From Macrostomum hystrix (lineage: Eukaryota; Animalia; Platyhelminthes): a DNA stretch of 64,000 bases. A program made the translations under genes and the position numbers. Under the pieces are notes generated by a model. The model had not been told where the DNA came from. It saw nothing but the letters and a program-made list of their open reading frames with translations, and did no database searches. Location: positions 12,214,001 to 12,278,000 of the forward strand of contig CATNEN010000039.1 in the NCBI GenBank assembly GCA_950097015.1, read 5' to 3'. Positions 46,446-58,415 of this stretch are shown here, in pieces (positions within the stretch are counted from its first letter, which is position 1; every line of letters begins with the position of its first letter).

Positions 46446-49132
46446 GTTTGATGTCAGAAAATTAATTACAAACTGCTCGATTTATAATAGCCTTTGAGTA
46501 CAGCTGTGAGTAGAGTATTGGGCACTGAACGATGCCTTTGACTTCAGTGCCATCAAAAGTCCACACTGAAGTATGATATTTTTTTTCAATTAGAAAAAAC
46601 GCATTTTTGATTACTGTGCTTTTACACTGTTAATTTTTATGCCAAAAAACAGTTTTATAGCAGCATATTTTAAATTATAAGCATGAGTTCAGACAAAGAA
46701 AAATGACGAACCTAATTAAAGAAAACATCAGTTTGCCATAGAAATATGAAATATGAAATAGAATATATTTAGTAGTATATATATATTTTTATTTTAAACA
46801 TTTCCTTTAAAAGTCACAATATTGCTATTTTCCATATTTTTGGATCGGCATTTTCTGAAATTATAACAATATTTATTATTAGAAGTTTTACTTAAGTTTA
46901 TATCACAGATTTAAAACATATGTATCAACTTCCTTAACCTAAATAGCGAGTTCTTTTAGTCAGTCTAGTTGACCTGAAGGTTCAGGGTTATTAAAACTGC
47001 TAAAATAAATAAAAAGTAAGTCAAAAGCTAAAATAAATGTCCTCTGGAAAGTCAACAAATGTGTGTAAAATACTAAATACAATGTTTCATCACATCTCTT
47101 GAAATGATTATATCTAATAAAGACCCTAGATATCCCGTAAACTTATAAGTTGCTTATCATAAAAGTCTAAGGCTTTTTGTGTTGTGGCACAAATACTTTG
47201 ACAAATGGGCCCATGAAGCCGGTGATAAAAATTGCAATAAAAAACTAGAGTTGTGAGTAAGTACAATGAATTTTAGTGTTTTTTTGACATGCCATATTTT
47301 ATAGTACAAAACTTAAAGGATAAAACTTGCAAGTCAAGAAAAATATATTGACTAACAAAGGTGTCCAAATGCAGCAAAAGCAAAAAATGTAAAAATCAGA
47401 AACTAATCTTATACACTCAATAGGCATATATTTACTAATTTCAAAATAATATCAAATTCTTTTTTTGGTTTACATTTCATTCTCAGATGTTTAACTAAAG
47501 GAGGATGTTTTTATTCGCTGAACACATTATGGGCAAGGGAAAAATTAATTTGTGACTTGGTTGTAAATTAAAGAGGTCTACCAAAATCATTTAGCAACAA
47601 AAATGTTTAAAACATGAGGAATTTCAATGCCTTACAAATGAAGACATATGATAATGACATATGATAGACATGGTGATAAATTATAATACCTTACTATGAA
47701 ACAGAATTAAAAATAAAACTATTTTTAAAACAGTTTTAAATAAAAGAACTTTTTAACTTTTAGCAGTAGCACATATGTACCTTATACTTAATATTATGGT
47801 CTAAAATAATATTGTTTTGTCAAAAATTTCGTATTTTTATATTCGAAACCCGATATCCATGTGAAAAAGATTTTGGTTTCTATTAAAAAAATCCGTGAAA
47901 GAAATGTTTCTGCGAAACCTGAGCTATTTCACGATATTTAAAATGTGCCAATATTGAGATTGCGTCTGATCATGAACTTTCATAAAACAATTACCTTTAC
48001 TAAGTTTATACATAAGAGTATAACAATACATAGAGGTTAGAACATAAAATGTGTCGTAGAAAGAAAAAAAGCGCACTTACTAACCTAAAGAGCGTAAATT
48101 AGACTACTCGTTTATAATTCTCTTCACAAATTGAAATTAAATTACAATTTTACGGTTAGTTCTTTTGAAGAATTTTAACAATATAGCAAGCTTTTATAAA
48201 CCTTCAGAGCACTTCTGATAAAAAAGTATTTTAAATAACTACAAAATATAACTGAATATAACACTAGTCAACAAAACATTACAAGCATTCTTGTTGCTTT
48301 TAAGTTTTTGACTAATCGGATGAACTCCGTGTTTCCTGGTTAGAGTTTGCAACAGTAAGAGTAAAAAGCGTAATATACTTCCTGCTAATGGCTTTTATCC
48401 AATAAACATGATTCAGTTTATTAATGAACTATTAGTATTTGCTTTTAATCATTCAATTGTTTTTTTATTATGATAGTCGTACGGACCATGATGACTAACG
48501 ACATTTTATGAGCATCAAAAGTAAAAAATAAAATCACTTATAGCATAGGTGAATGGAATTTAAGGCTTCGTGCTTAATGTGACAGTAACGTATCATTTTG
48601 GAGATGGTAGAGTATATTTTTAGTACTTTTTTAATGCTTACAATCTAGTAAATTTAGTCGTTTTATGCATTATCAACAAGTAGTAAAAAGACCAAATAAC
48701 TTTTTGTTCCTTTCACATTAAAAATAAACTATCTTTACTTTTATTATTTAATACTTAAGATTGTTAAGTATATGTTCTCAAAATATTGTTAGTAATAATA
48801 TTCTCATATAGTTGATTATTTTTAAAGTGATATACAGCTATAGTCTATTTATTCACTCACTATACATTCACTACATGTATTTGCACTATTATTATATTCT
48901 TATATATTATCAACAAAAATGAAGATTAAGTTGAAGATATGACATCAATTTAATCTTAAATTAAGAAATAAAACATTTTGTTTTGTGATAAGCTATTGTG
49001 ATGAAAATATTTTGGTCTGTTCTTTACAACCAATATTCAAAACTTTAGTGACTTCTACCATTCAACCAAAAACCTTTTCAGAGCATTGTACACCGGCCAC
49101 TGAGGGCAGAAAACTAAACTTATTCTTCCACC

Positions 49133-51658
49133 ATGTACAGTACAGGAGGAGCCTCCCAAATGTATGATGATGGAATGCAACAACAGGAGCAGGAGCTAAA
49201 GAAGCTAAAGTGTGTATTCATTTCTGTTTTTCTTTGTGATTCATATATATTGTAATACTATTGACATCTCAACCATCTTATCTTCTATTTTAGGCCTATC
49301 CTGTTGCGCAACAGACCTCTGTATGCCAAGATGATAATGTTTCTGGTTGCAATGTTCTCATTTGTAAGTCATTCTTAACCATTTTTACTTCATTTCTAAA
49401 CCAAGTTTCCTTAGCTCGCCTTCGTGACAATGTCTGACCCAACCTAAATGCCAGTACCAGTGCCCACATCTCCTGCAAATATATTTATTATTGCTATCAA
49501 GGCTGACACAGTGGGACAGAAAGTTTGGCCACTTTAACCTTCATTGACTTCTTGAAATTTCCGCAGTGTCTCGGTGGCTCTCTCGTAGCCATCGGTGTGT
49601 ACATTCAACTGGACCGCGGCTTCATCTCTGAGATCATCGGCAGTGTGGTAGCCCTGGCAGCCGCCTATCTGTGCATCGTGTCAGGCTTTCTAATTGCATT
49701 CCTTGGCCTACTGGGTGCCTACGGTGCTCACAAACTTAATAGGGCTTGTCTGATTGCCTTCCTGGTTATTATGCTTGTCTTGGCTCTTGTGGTCTTTGTC
49801 GGCAGCCTGCTGGCTGTCATTTTCCGCGCTACCGTCATCCAGACAGCTAAGAACACAATGAGCTATTCGCTGTCTGTGCACTACGGCAAGACGAGACTTA
49901 TCACCGAGTCGTGGGACGCCATTCAGGTGATTATAAAAGTATCTGGGGTTCGTGTCACAGAGGTATCGGCATCTCAGAGGTTTAGGGTGTACCACAGAGG
50001 TTTAGAGTGTACCACAGAGGTTTAGAGTGTACCACAGAGGTTTAGAGTGTACCACATAGGTTTAGAGTGTACCACAGAGGTCTAGAGTGTACCACACAGG
50101 TTTAGAGTGTACCACAGAGGTCTAGAGTGTACCACACAGGTTTTAGAGTGTACCACAGAGGTCTAGAGTGTACCACACATGTTTAGAGTGTACCACACAT
50201 GTTTAGAGTGTACCACAAAGGTCTAGAGTGTACCACAAAGGTCTAGAGTGTACCACAGAGGTCTAGGGTCAGGGTGTATTACAGATGTCTAGAATATACC
50301 ATAGAGGTTTAGTAATGCGTCACAGAGTTTGAAAACGTATATTGCAAGCACTGTTACTAATGACAACAATAAATCGCAATAACAACCGTCAACTCGCAGA
50401 GCAATCTCCGCTGCTGCGCTGTGGACAACAACGGCTGGCAGTTGTACATCGACAGCCAATGGGACCTCATGGTGAATGCCGACGCTCGCAATCTTGGCTC
50501 TCGCATCCCCCAGTGGTCGCCTCTATACAAGTTCGTGCCGCCCTCCTGCTGCCTCGGCCTCATCGACCCGCGCACCCTGTGGCCCAGCGGCACAGTCAGG
50601 AATGTGGCCCAGTGCCAGTACTTCCCGTACGGCCCGCCAAATCGACTGACAGGCGGCTTCAATGACGCCCTCTATTATAAGGTGACGCATTCTATTTCTT
50701 GTTCATAATTCCTCTTTCTTTTCCCTTATTCCCAGTTTCCCATTCCCTATTCCCATTCTCTGTTTACCATTTTCCCATTCCCTATTTATCATTCCCCGTT
50801 TCCCATTCTCCATTTTCCCATTCCCTATTTCCCACTCCCCTTTTCTTATTTCCCCATTTTCCCATTCCCTATTTATCACTTCCCACTCCCTTTTTCCCAT
50901 TCCCTATTTCCCACTCCCTTTTTCTCATTTCCCCATTTTCCCATTCCCTATTTATCACTTCCCACTCCCATTTTCCCATTCCCTATTTCCCACTCCCTTT
51001 TTCTCATTTCCCCATTTTCCCATTCCCTGTTTATCACTTCCCACTCCCATTTTCCCATTTCCTATTTTCCACTCCCTTTTTCTCATTTCCCCATTTTCCC
51101 ATTCCCTATTTCCCAATTTCCCATTCTCTATTTCCCATTTTCCCATTCCCATTTCCCCATTTTCCCATTCCCTATTCCCACTCCATGTTTCCCTATTTCC
51201 CATTCTCTATTTCCCATTCCCTATTTTCCATTTTCCCATTCCCTATTTTCCATTTTCCCATTCCCCATTACCTATTCTACATTCTCTATCCCTATTCCTC
51301 ACTGCCCATTCCTTATCCCCTATCCCCTATTCTAAAAGAATCCCAGCAGACATTAATCCCAATCGCGCTGCATTTGTTTGCAGGGCTGCTTTCAAGCCGG
51401 CGCAGAAGTGATGGGTTTCTACAGCAACTTCCTCGGCTACATCGGATTCTCACTCTTCATCATCATGGTGAGGACCAGATCAGTTTGTGTCATCCTAAAG
51501 CGTAAATTTTATTGTAAACAATAACAAATCATTTTTCTTTCAACCGTCAGATCATTGGCATCATCAGCAGCCTGGCTTTGATTGTCACAATCAACAAGGA
51601 CATGCGCACTGTACGCAAGCAGGCCGGCAAGGACTATAGAATGCCAGCTGGTTACTAA
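49133..51658 (+). CDS. Tetraspanin; exons 49133-49209, 49294-49363, 49567-49926, 50400-50681, 51384-51467, 51551-51658; 326 aa
   Basis: Four TM segments (KMIMFLVAMFSFCLGGSLVAIGVY; AAYLCIVSGFLIAFLGLLGAYGA; CLIAFLVIMLVLALVVFVGSLLAVIF; LGYIGFSLFIIMIIGIISSLALIV). Large extracellular loop WDAIQSNLRCCAV..W..VPPSCC..C..LYYKGC. All splice phases are consistent. Confidence 0.9.
49975..50270 (+). repeat. 20-bp minisatellite (GGTTTAGAGTGTACCACAGA), tetraspanin intron
   Basis: ~15 units. Confidence 0.95.
50720..51330 (+). repeat. Pyrimidine-rich (TTCCCA/TTCCCTA)-based low-complexity array, tetraspanin intron
   Basis: Almost G-free strand; produces a spurious F/P/S/H ORF. Confidence 0.9.
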
Positions 51659-52827
51659 TGTGTTTCGCAAGCTGGTTCAGTGACACATCCTAGCTTTTTT
51701 AATATTTCACATTGACTACTGAGAGTAGAAAGTTACGCTTGCGATGAATTGGTCATTTAAATTTTTAAAAAAAAAATATGTGTTCAAGAACACTGTTTTT
51801 CGATGAAGCAAAAAGTATCCCTTAAACATTCCAACCGTTATATTTTGCATGCAAGTCTATATAGTGTTCGCGTGTGTACATATAGCCCCACGCATATATT
51901 ACTTTTTAAAATATAATTTGTCATTATCGCCCTTTGAGTGTCTACGACTTTTCTTATTTAATTAAATATATTGGCAAATATGCAGGAACCTACCAATTCA
52001 TTGATTTACGACAAACATTCCAACATTCTACTCAACTGTACTCGAAAAATAACATTTTATAGCCTTTATTCTTGCTTTTTACGAGTAATTCGTCTTCTAC
52101 AAAAGCAGAACTTAAGTTAGTAAGAAATAATTTTCTGTGATATTTTAATTGAATAAAATGAATTTGTGAAAAAACGTGATAAATAATAGTTTACTATATA
52201 GCAACTAAATAGAGTTTTTCCAGAAATGAATTCTGATGTCAAGCATTCAATATTTGTGCTGTATCATTTATTCATTTAATGTTTGCGCAATATTGGCTAA
52301 CAGCGTAGAATTATCAACGCCCATTGCTTTATGCATTTCAGTCGACAAAAATCTGAGACAATTCAGAAATTTGCGGTGCACTTAATAATTGGAAATGGTC
52401 GGACCTAGTGATTTAAGTACTATACGCTTTGCTGTCAAAAATGGTCTCAGAATTTTTTTTAATATGGCACTACGTAAGGATAGCATTTTTTGTTATGGAC
52501 TTATAGAGGCCAGCTTTGTAAGTCATCAGTAAATATCTGTGACATAGAATTGCCCTTAAAAACCTGTCTGCAGAATATTAGCCAATAAATACCGCATGTA
52601 CAGGTACACATCCGTCAACCCCATAGAGTACCAACGGGGCATTGGAAGCAATAATTAGCAGAAATACATGCGTATACTTCGAATATAAATTCAAGTCATT
52701 TAAACAAAAAACCTTTTCTTTCAGAAACGAAAACATTTTTTGTAGGATTTTACAAATTAAGTCGTTAAGAACAAATTTAGTTTGTAGCGAAAGCCTGCAT
52801 TGCGTTGAGTCAAAGGGAGCGAAATTG

Positions 52828-54933
52828 TTAAACAGCGCGCGGTGCAACCAGCTTGCAAATTCCGAAAGTGGATAGCACCACTAGAGTACCCACTGCGAAC
52901 ACCATCACTGCGATCTGAGTCCCGAGCTGATGATTGTCCTCCGCGTGCTTGACTTCCAATCTATTCTTCTCTTGCTGACTTTGTGTGGCTGGGCCGAGCT
53001 GTGCGGCTGTGGTGGCGTCTGCCGCGGTGCTCAGCGGGGTCGACATTGTTGGAGAGATTTTCGTCATTGCTAGTGTAGTCGTTGTTGGTGTCGTAGACGT
53101 TGTCGCCGCTGATGTAGTCGCTGTTGGTGTCGTCGGTCTTGAATTTGTAGATGTCATTGGTATAGTTGCCGTTCTTACCGCGGTTTGTGCAGTGCTTGCT
53201 GATGGCGCTATTGTAGATGCTGTGGTCGGTCTAGTTGTGCTCGTCGTGGCAGGAGGAACTGTAGTTGTCATGCTTGGCGGCGGGGTGCTAGACAACGGAG
53301 CCTCAACGCTGCAGTTGGCATAGAGCTTTGATGTTCGATTGTTGTTCCGGATTTCAATGGTCATATGATTATCTGGGGAAGCTTTAAGCAGCTGGCAAAC
53401 TACTGGCCAATAGGAGATGTTTACTAACTCGAATACCTGAATGAGACGGTCCACATTATCCCCAGTTGACAGGCCGTTCACTTGAACATTGCCCCATTGG
53501 ATCACCGTGCTATTATTGCCACCAAATATGCTGAAGGACACGCTGGCGAACGTCGGCTCCACCAGAATGCTCAGATCCCGCCTGATCCACCGCAGCTCAA
53601 GGCCGGACGAGTTCAACGCCAGGATGCACCAGGCGAGCTTGGCTGAGCTTTCAACTGGGGTGACACTTGACGCGGTCTGACACGGACGTAACTTAAAGGG
53701 TGTGCGACTTTGAAAGTTGACCGTGACTGCAGGGTTGACTGAGTCCGCGCAAAATGATGTCCAGTTTGCCTCGAGCTGAAGATAGACTTTCAAAACTGAG
53801 TCACCCAGTGCCGAAGTGGACCCGTTGAGGCAGGGTGTTAGGTACAAATCCATTGTGCCCCTGACAACAGTGGCGGGCGTGCTTGAATCTCGCTCGATGA
53901 CGATGTCGTCGGTGGCTGTCACTCGTATTGCTCGATCAGAATTTGTGGCGTTGCAGAAAGTCAGGTCGCCAAACGACTGCTGCGTCAGAATTCGCTGAAG
54001 CTCCGGGCCCCAGTAACCACCGGTGGAAGTTTCAATGCTCGGGACAATGTTAGAGCTATTTGAACTGTTGGATGGGTTTCCGGACACCAGAGTAGGCTGT
54101 GCTAAATTTGCACAGTCCATGTACATCTCGATGGTGTCATTGCGGCCACCTGCGATTGTCACTCGCATATTATCCGTGGCATTGACGACGCTGCAGATGA
54201 GCAGCCACCAGTTCTGTCCTGGAGATGTAGAAACCGACGTCAGCATCGCTTGAGCACGCTGACCTGGTGACATCATGGCCAGCTGCTCGGAGGTTGCCTG
54301 AACTCGATACCATGTTGCGTTGGACAGCGGATCTGAGTTGCTGCTCAGCACTACAGTGGCTGTTGCGTTGGCATCACCTGGCTCCTGAATGGTCCGATTC
54401 AGCCAAATTGGGCCCCAGTCGGCCGTGTAGGTGATCAGAATCCAGGCCGTCAGTTGCTGCATCGTTAGGCCCGCGTGCTGAACGTCATAGCTACAGGGTG
54501 TTAGGCTCTGTTGAAGTTCTGGAGTGATGGACGATTCCAGGCGAACGGTCATGTTGAGCGTGCTATCGCAAATATCTGTCCATCTGATAGCGCTCTGCAT
54601 AGTCGCTAACAAATACGTGTAGGTCCCGTCCACAGATGAGTAGCCGCATGAGATGACATTCGTTGTCATTCTTGACGTGACCGTGGAGAAGCGCACAGGT
54701 GTGCCCAAAACTTGCACTCTGTAGGCGTCCACAGCGCTGACGATGACGCTGCTATTTTCAGGGGCAGAGCAGAGACGAATGCCTCCGAACGAACGAATGG
54801 AGAGCTCATTTCGAAGCTCTTGAGTCCACACCAATGCCCGGGAGGACTGGCACGACAATAAGACAATCAGAATAGTCAGAAGCGTAGCTCGGGCAGTCAG
54901 CATTTTCCTGAAACATTCAGAATTAGGAATCAT
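52828..54933 (-). CDS. Intronless type I membrane glycoprotein: signal peptide, two tandem ~240-aa 6-Cys domains, Thr-rich mucin-like stalk, C-terminal TM
   Basis: 701-aa ORF. Hydrophobic signal LLTILIVLLSCQSSRA, many N-x-S/T sequons, T/S/P-rich stalk, TM IAVMVFAVGTLVVLSTFGIC and an 8-residue tail. The start may be the second Met (MLTARA). Confidence 0.85.
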   Translation of the reverse strand: MIPNSECFRKMLTARATLLTILIVLLSCQSSRALVWTQELRNELSIRSFGGIRLCSAPENSSVIVSAVDAYRVQVLGTPVRFSTVTSRMTTNVISCGYSSVDGTYTYLLATMQSAIRWTDICDSTLNMTVRLESSITPELQQSLTPCSYDVQHAGLTMQQLTAWILITYTADWGPIWLNRTIQEPGDANATATVVLSSNSDPLSNATWYRVQATSEQLAMMSPGQRAQAMLTSVSTSPGQNWWLLICSVVNATDNMRVTIAGGRNDTIEMYMDCANLAQPTLVSGNPSNSSNSSNIVPSIETSTGGYWGPELQRILTQQSFGDLTFCNATNSDRAIRVTATDDIVIERDSSTPATVVRGTMDLYLTPCLNGSTSALGDSVLKVYLQLEANWTSFCADSVNPAVTVNFQSRTPFKLRPCQTASSVTPVESSAKLAWCILALNSSGLELRWIRRDLSILVEPTFASVSFSIFGGNNSTVIQWGNVQVNGLSTGDNVDRLIQVFELVNISYWPVVCQLLKASPDNHMTIEIRNNNRTSKLYANCSVEAPLSSTPPPSMTTTVPPATTSTTRPTTASTIAPSASTAQTAVRTATIPMTSTNSRPTTPTATTSAATTSTTPTTTTLAMTKISPTMSTPLSTAADATTAAQLGPATQSQQEKNRLEVKHAEDNHQLGTQIAVMVFAVGTLVVLSTFGICKLVAPRAV

Positions 54934-55172
54934 GTGACAGCCTGTGACAGCTAACGAGCGACATTTTAATTTTGATGAGCATCAACCCGAAAGCGATTGT
55001 TCCGAAAATGAGCAGAAAATGAGTTTCTTCGAAGCCGGTTGCTGAGAAAATCAGGGAATATTACACTCATGACCACGCGTCGAACCAAAAACTCAATTTA
55101 TTTCACACCACAATAAAATTGGTGACAGGAAGCTATTGTGACAGGATTTTAAGGCATGTCTCGATATCTCTC

Positions 55173-55328
55173 GTAGTCTCGCCCATAGACTATAGACATT
55201 TGTCTAGATAGAGCATGCATAAAACGAAAACATGGTGCAATGCTTTTGGCCTATGAGCGACCTCGAGTCGTTTTAGTAGATAGCACGCTTTTAGTAGATA
55301 AATGTCTATAGTCTATGGGCGAGACTAC
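55173..55328. mobile_element. MITE-like palindromic element
   Basis: ~34-bp inverted repeats GTAGTCTCGCCCATAGACTATAGACATTTGTCTA / TAGATAAATGTCTATAGTCTATGGGCGAGACTAC with one mismatch. Confidence 0.65.
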
Positions 55329-57973
55329 AAGATATGTCTTGGTTTTTCTAGCTTAAATGTCTATGGCACTTGAGAGTTACGCGAAAGACCGCATTTCTTG
55401 AAACTAAAACTTTCAAACTATACGAGTATTAATTAATTTTTTTTGCTTTCGGCATCGAGGACGCCAGAAAGTCATATTGCCCTGTCAAGCTAGTAATAAT
55501 TAATAAAACGTTGTCCTTGATGTTCCCGTCTTTGGGAGCCTTAATCACAGGAAATTTGTTTAAGTTATTTAGAATTTTTTCAACTACGAGTAGTAAACAA
55601 TCTTGACGAGCTAAAAGTTTGTATTTGATATTAAAACATTAATTTTTACGGCTTCTTGTGAACGTGTCTTGTGACTGATTCTGCTCCTAATTCGAAGTCA
55701 CTAATTAAGAGCACCATTTTTATCTCAGTCGACCTTTGCGGTGGCAGACCTTCGATCTTCGAAGAAATTTCACAATGCTCACTCCTAACAATAATAATAA
55801 AAATAATAAAAGTAAAATAATTCTACAACTATTATTTCCCATTCAATATAAGACCGTTTACGTTTTCCAAACATGCTTTCCAAGTTTTTAGAACGCATTT
55901 TCTAAATAAAACTAATTAGTTTGAAATTTCACGATGCAGCAAAAAAAATAGTACAACTTACGCGTTAACAAATCATCCAGCTGTTTGTTGGATTATTCAA
56001 TCGACTTACCTTTGAGTGGCTTAGATTCGAGTTTGTGGGGCTTGACTTAAATCATGTCAGAGTGATGAGTTACCCCTCTCAGTCGCTTATGTAGGCTGTT
56101 ACAGACACGTACAGGCTCGCCTGTTGAAGCAAAGGTATGACAAGCAAAGGCGAGGTGAGTGTACTCAAACTGGTACTCAAAGCCGATTCTTTTGTTCCAT
56201 TGGTCATGCAGGCAGACAGTTAAGCGTGTTTAGTTAGCTGTTGGCCTTGCAGCCTTTGGCTCTGTCCGCCATTTTCACTGTCCCACTCGCTGGCTCTTCC
56301 TTTTTTCCTTATACATTGTTTTCAAAAGAATCCAGTTTTAGCTGCCATTATGAATCTTAACTTAAATACCACACACACACGCACACACACACACGCACAC
56401 ACACCTGACTTTAGTTTACGCAACTCGTCTCAGAACTACGCACACGCATATGGTTTAGGAACGACCGCGCCCAAAATATTTGTCATGCTTCACAATAACG
56501 TACTCGCTTGGTGCATGGCAGCGAATTAAGTCAATCTATTACCTGGAAAGACAAGTATTGGATTGCATCATCACAATGCATTCTGTAGTTGCAATTTTGT
56601 TCTGCGTCACTGCGTGTCGACAACTACGACTACAAGGCCCAATAAGTTTTATTGCGTGAGAATGTCAAGACAGAAGAAAACGAACCCAAAGAAGCACAGC
56701 AATACTTCGAAGAGATCTGTGGCAATGTCTACTAAAAAGTGCATAAATTTATTAGTCCTTGGTTTAGTAGCAACCACCGTCGAATGCATTATTCGCAAAG
56801 AAGAACAGTTCAATTCTCACCTGGCACTTGACATTTGTCTTCGAATTTTCCTGTTAGGCAGTCAGTGACGAACCTCCGTTGATTAAAAGTGGAAAGTTAA
56901 ATTCATTTTGTATTGGCGTTGATCTGTTCCCAGAAGTCGCCGAAACCGAAAACGAAACGAAAGCGATGTCGGCAACTTTCTCATTGCGTTATAGTCACCA
57001 TCTTTGCCTTCAGCCTCCTCCTCGGCATCGATCCGCTGCAGCATCCACAATTTCGGCCTTCCTTTGTTGCCTCCTTCGTCTGTTGCCACTCAACTGGATG
57101 TATTTTGACACTAATAGTTCAGTTAACTTAGTTCAGCCATTCTAACATGGGGATTTTCGTGTGATCTGATGTCATGCACGCATAATGTACCTTTTTGTGA
57201 GTGTGAATGGGTTTTTAATCTTCCGTATCTTTCTCGGTTACTGCTGGGAGTGCAGTTCCAATGTTAATCGAATTAAGCCCTTTAAAATGGAATGTTATAG
57301 CAGAATTTTACCAAAACAAGCTTTCAGAGATTCAGAAAAGCGATGCATCTGCAGCTAATCTGCTGCTCATATCTCGGCCTTATCTCCACTCACACTGCAG
57401 TTGTTCAGCAATGACAATACAATAGGATGGCAGCAACAATAGAATGTTTCCCGCAGCTGTTTAATTTTCCCGTCTTTTTTTCTAATTGTCAAGGTGCTCA
57501 TCGCGACTCTACCGCTTGTTATTTTCGACACATTGTAGTTCTGCTGCACTTTTAAGTCCCCAGATGAGGTTCCAAATAATGTTAATTAGCAGTGTGTTGT
57601 ATTTATGGATTGGTCGTAGCCAATCCTATTCAATGGCGCCCTTGCTTCTCCAGCACCCCCCTGCCTGCCCCGTCCACGTAATCTGTTACTCATCCCCCCA
57701 ATCTGGCATGGCCCTGTACATTCTCTGCCCCCTTCTATTTATCGATCGCTGTTTTAACCCTCCCTAGTCAGTGTTTTCACGCCTAAATTTTCTATCCGCT
57801 CTGTCGGCCAGACAATTTTTCTGGCCCAGCCAATCATAATTGTCCTATAAAATAAACGGAGGCCCCTGTCTGGTACTAGCGTCTTGCTCCTTTTGATTCA
57901 CATTTAATTTTTCCAGTCGAGTGGCACATAGTCATTTACAAGACAACCCCCTTTTTGATTCTACTGAGCGTAG

Positions 57974-58415
57974 AACAAGCAAATTCACCCAGAAAACTAG
58001 CAAATTCACCCAGTAAACAAGCAAATTCACCCAGTAAACAAGCAAATTCACCCAGTAAACAAGCAAATTCACCCAGTAATCAAGCAAATTCACCCCAGTA
58101 AACAAGCAAATTCAACCAGTAAACAAGCAAATTCACCCAGTAAACAAGCAAATTCAGCCGGTAAACAAGTAAATTCACCCAGTAAACAAGCAAATTCACG
58201 CAGTAAACAAGTAAATTCACCCAGTAAACAAGCAAATTCACGCAGTAAACAAGCAAATTCACCCAGTAAACAAGCAAATTCACCCAGTAATCAAGCAAAT
58301 TCACCCCAGTAAACAAGCAAATTCAACCAGTAAACAAGCAAATTCACCCAGTAAACAAGCAAATTCACCCAGTAAACAAGCAAATTCACCCAGTAAATAA
58401 GCTATTTCACCCTGT
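57974..58415 (+). repeat. 21-bp minisatellite (AACAAGCAAATTCACCCAGTA)
   Basis: ~21 units. Confidence 0.95.

Noticed and set aside
46446-49132. Bidirectional promoter between liprin and tetraspanin
   Set aside because: The divergent arrangement is real, but no TSS or motif can be supported in this AT-rich stretch
50699-51505. 268-aa F/P/S/H-rich ORF
   Set aside because: Pyrimidine-rich intron lacking stops by composition; overlaps a tetraspanin exon out of frame
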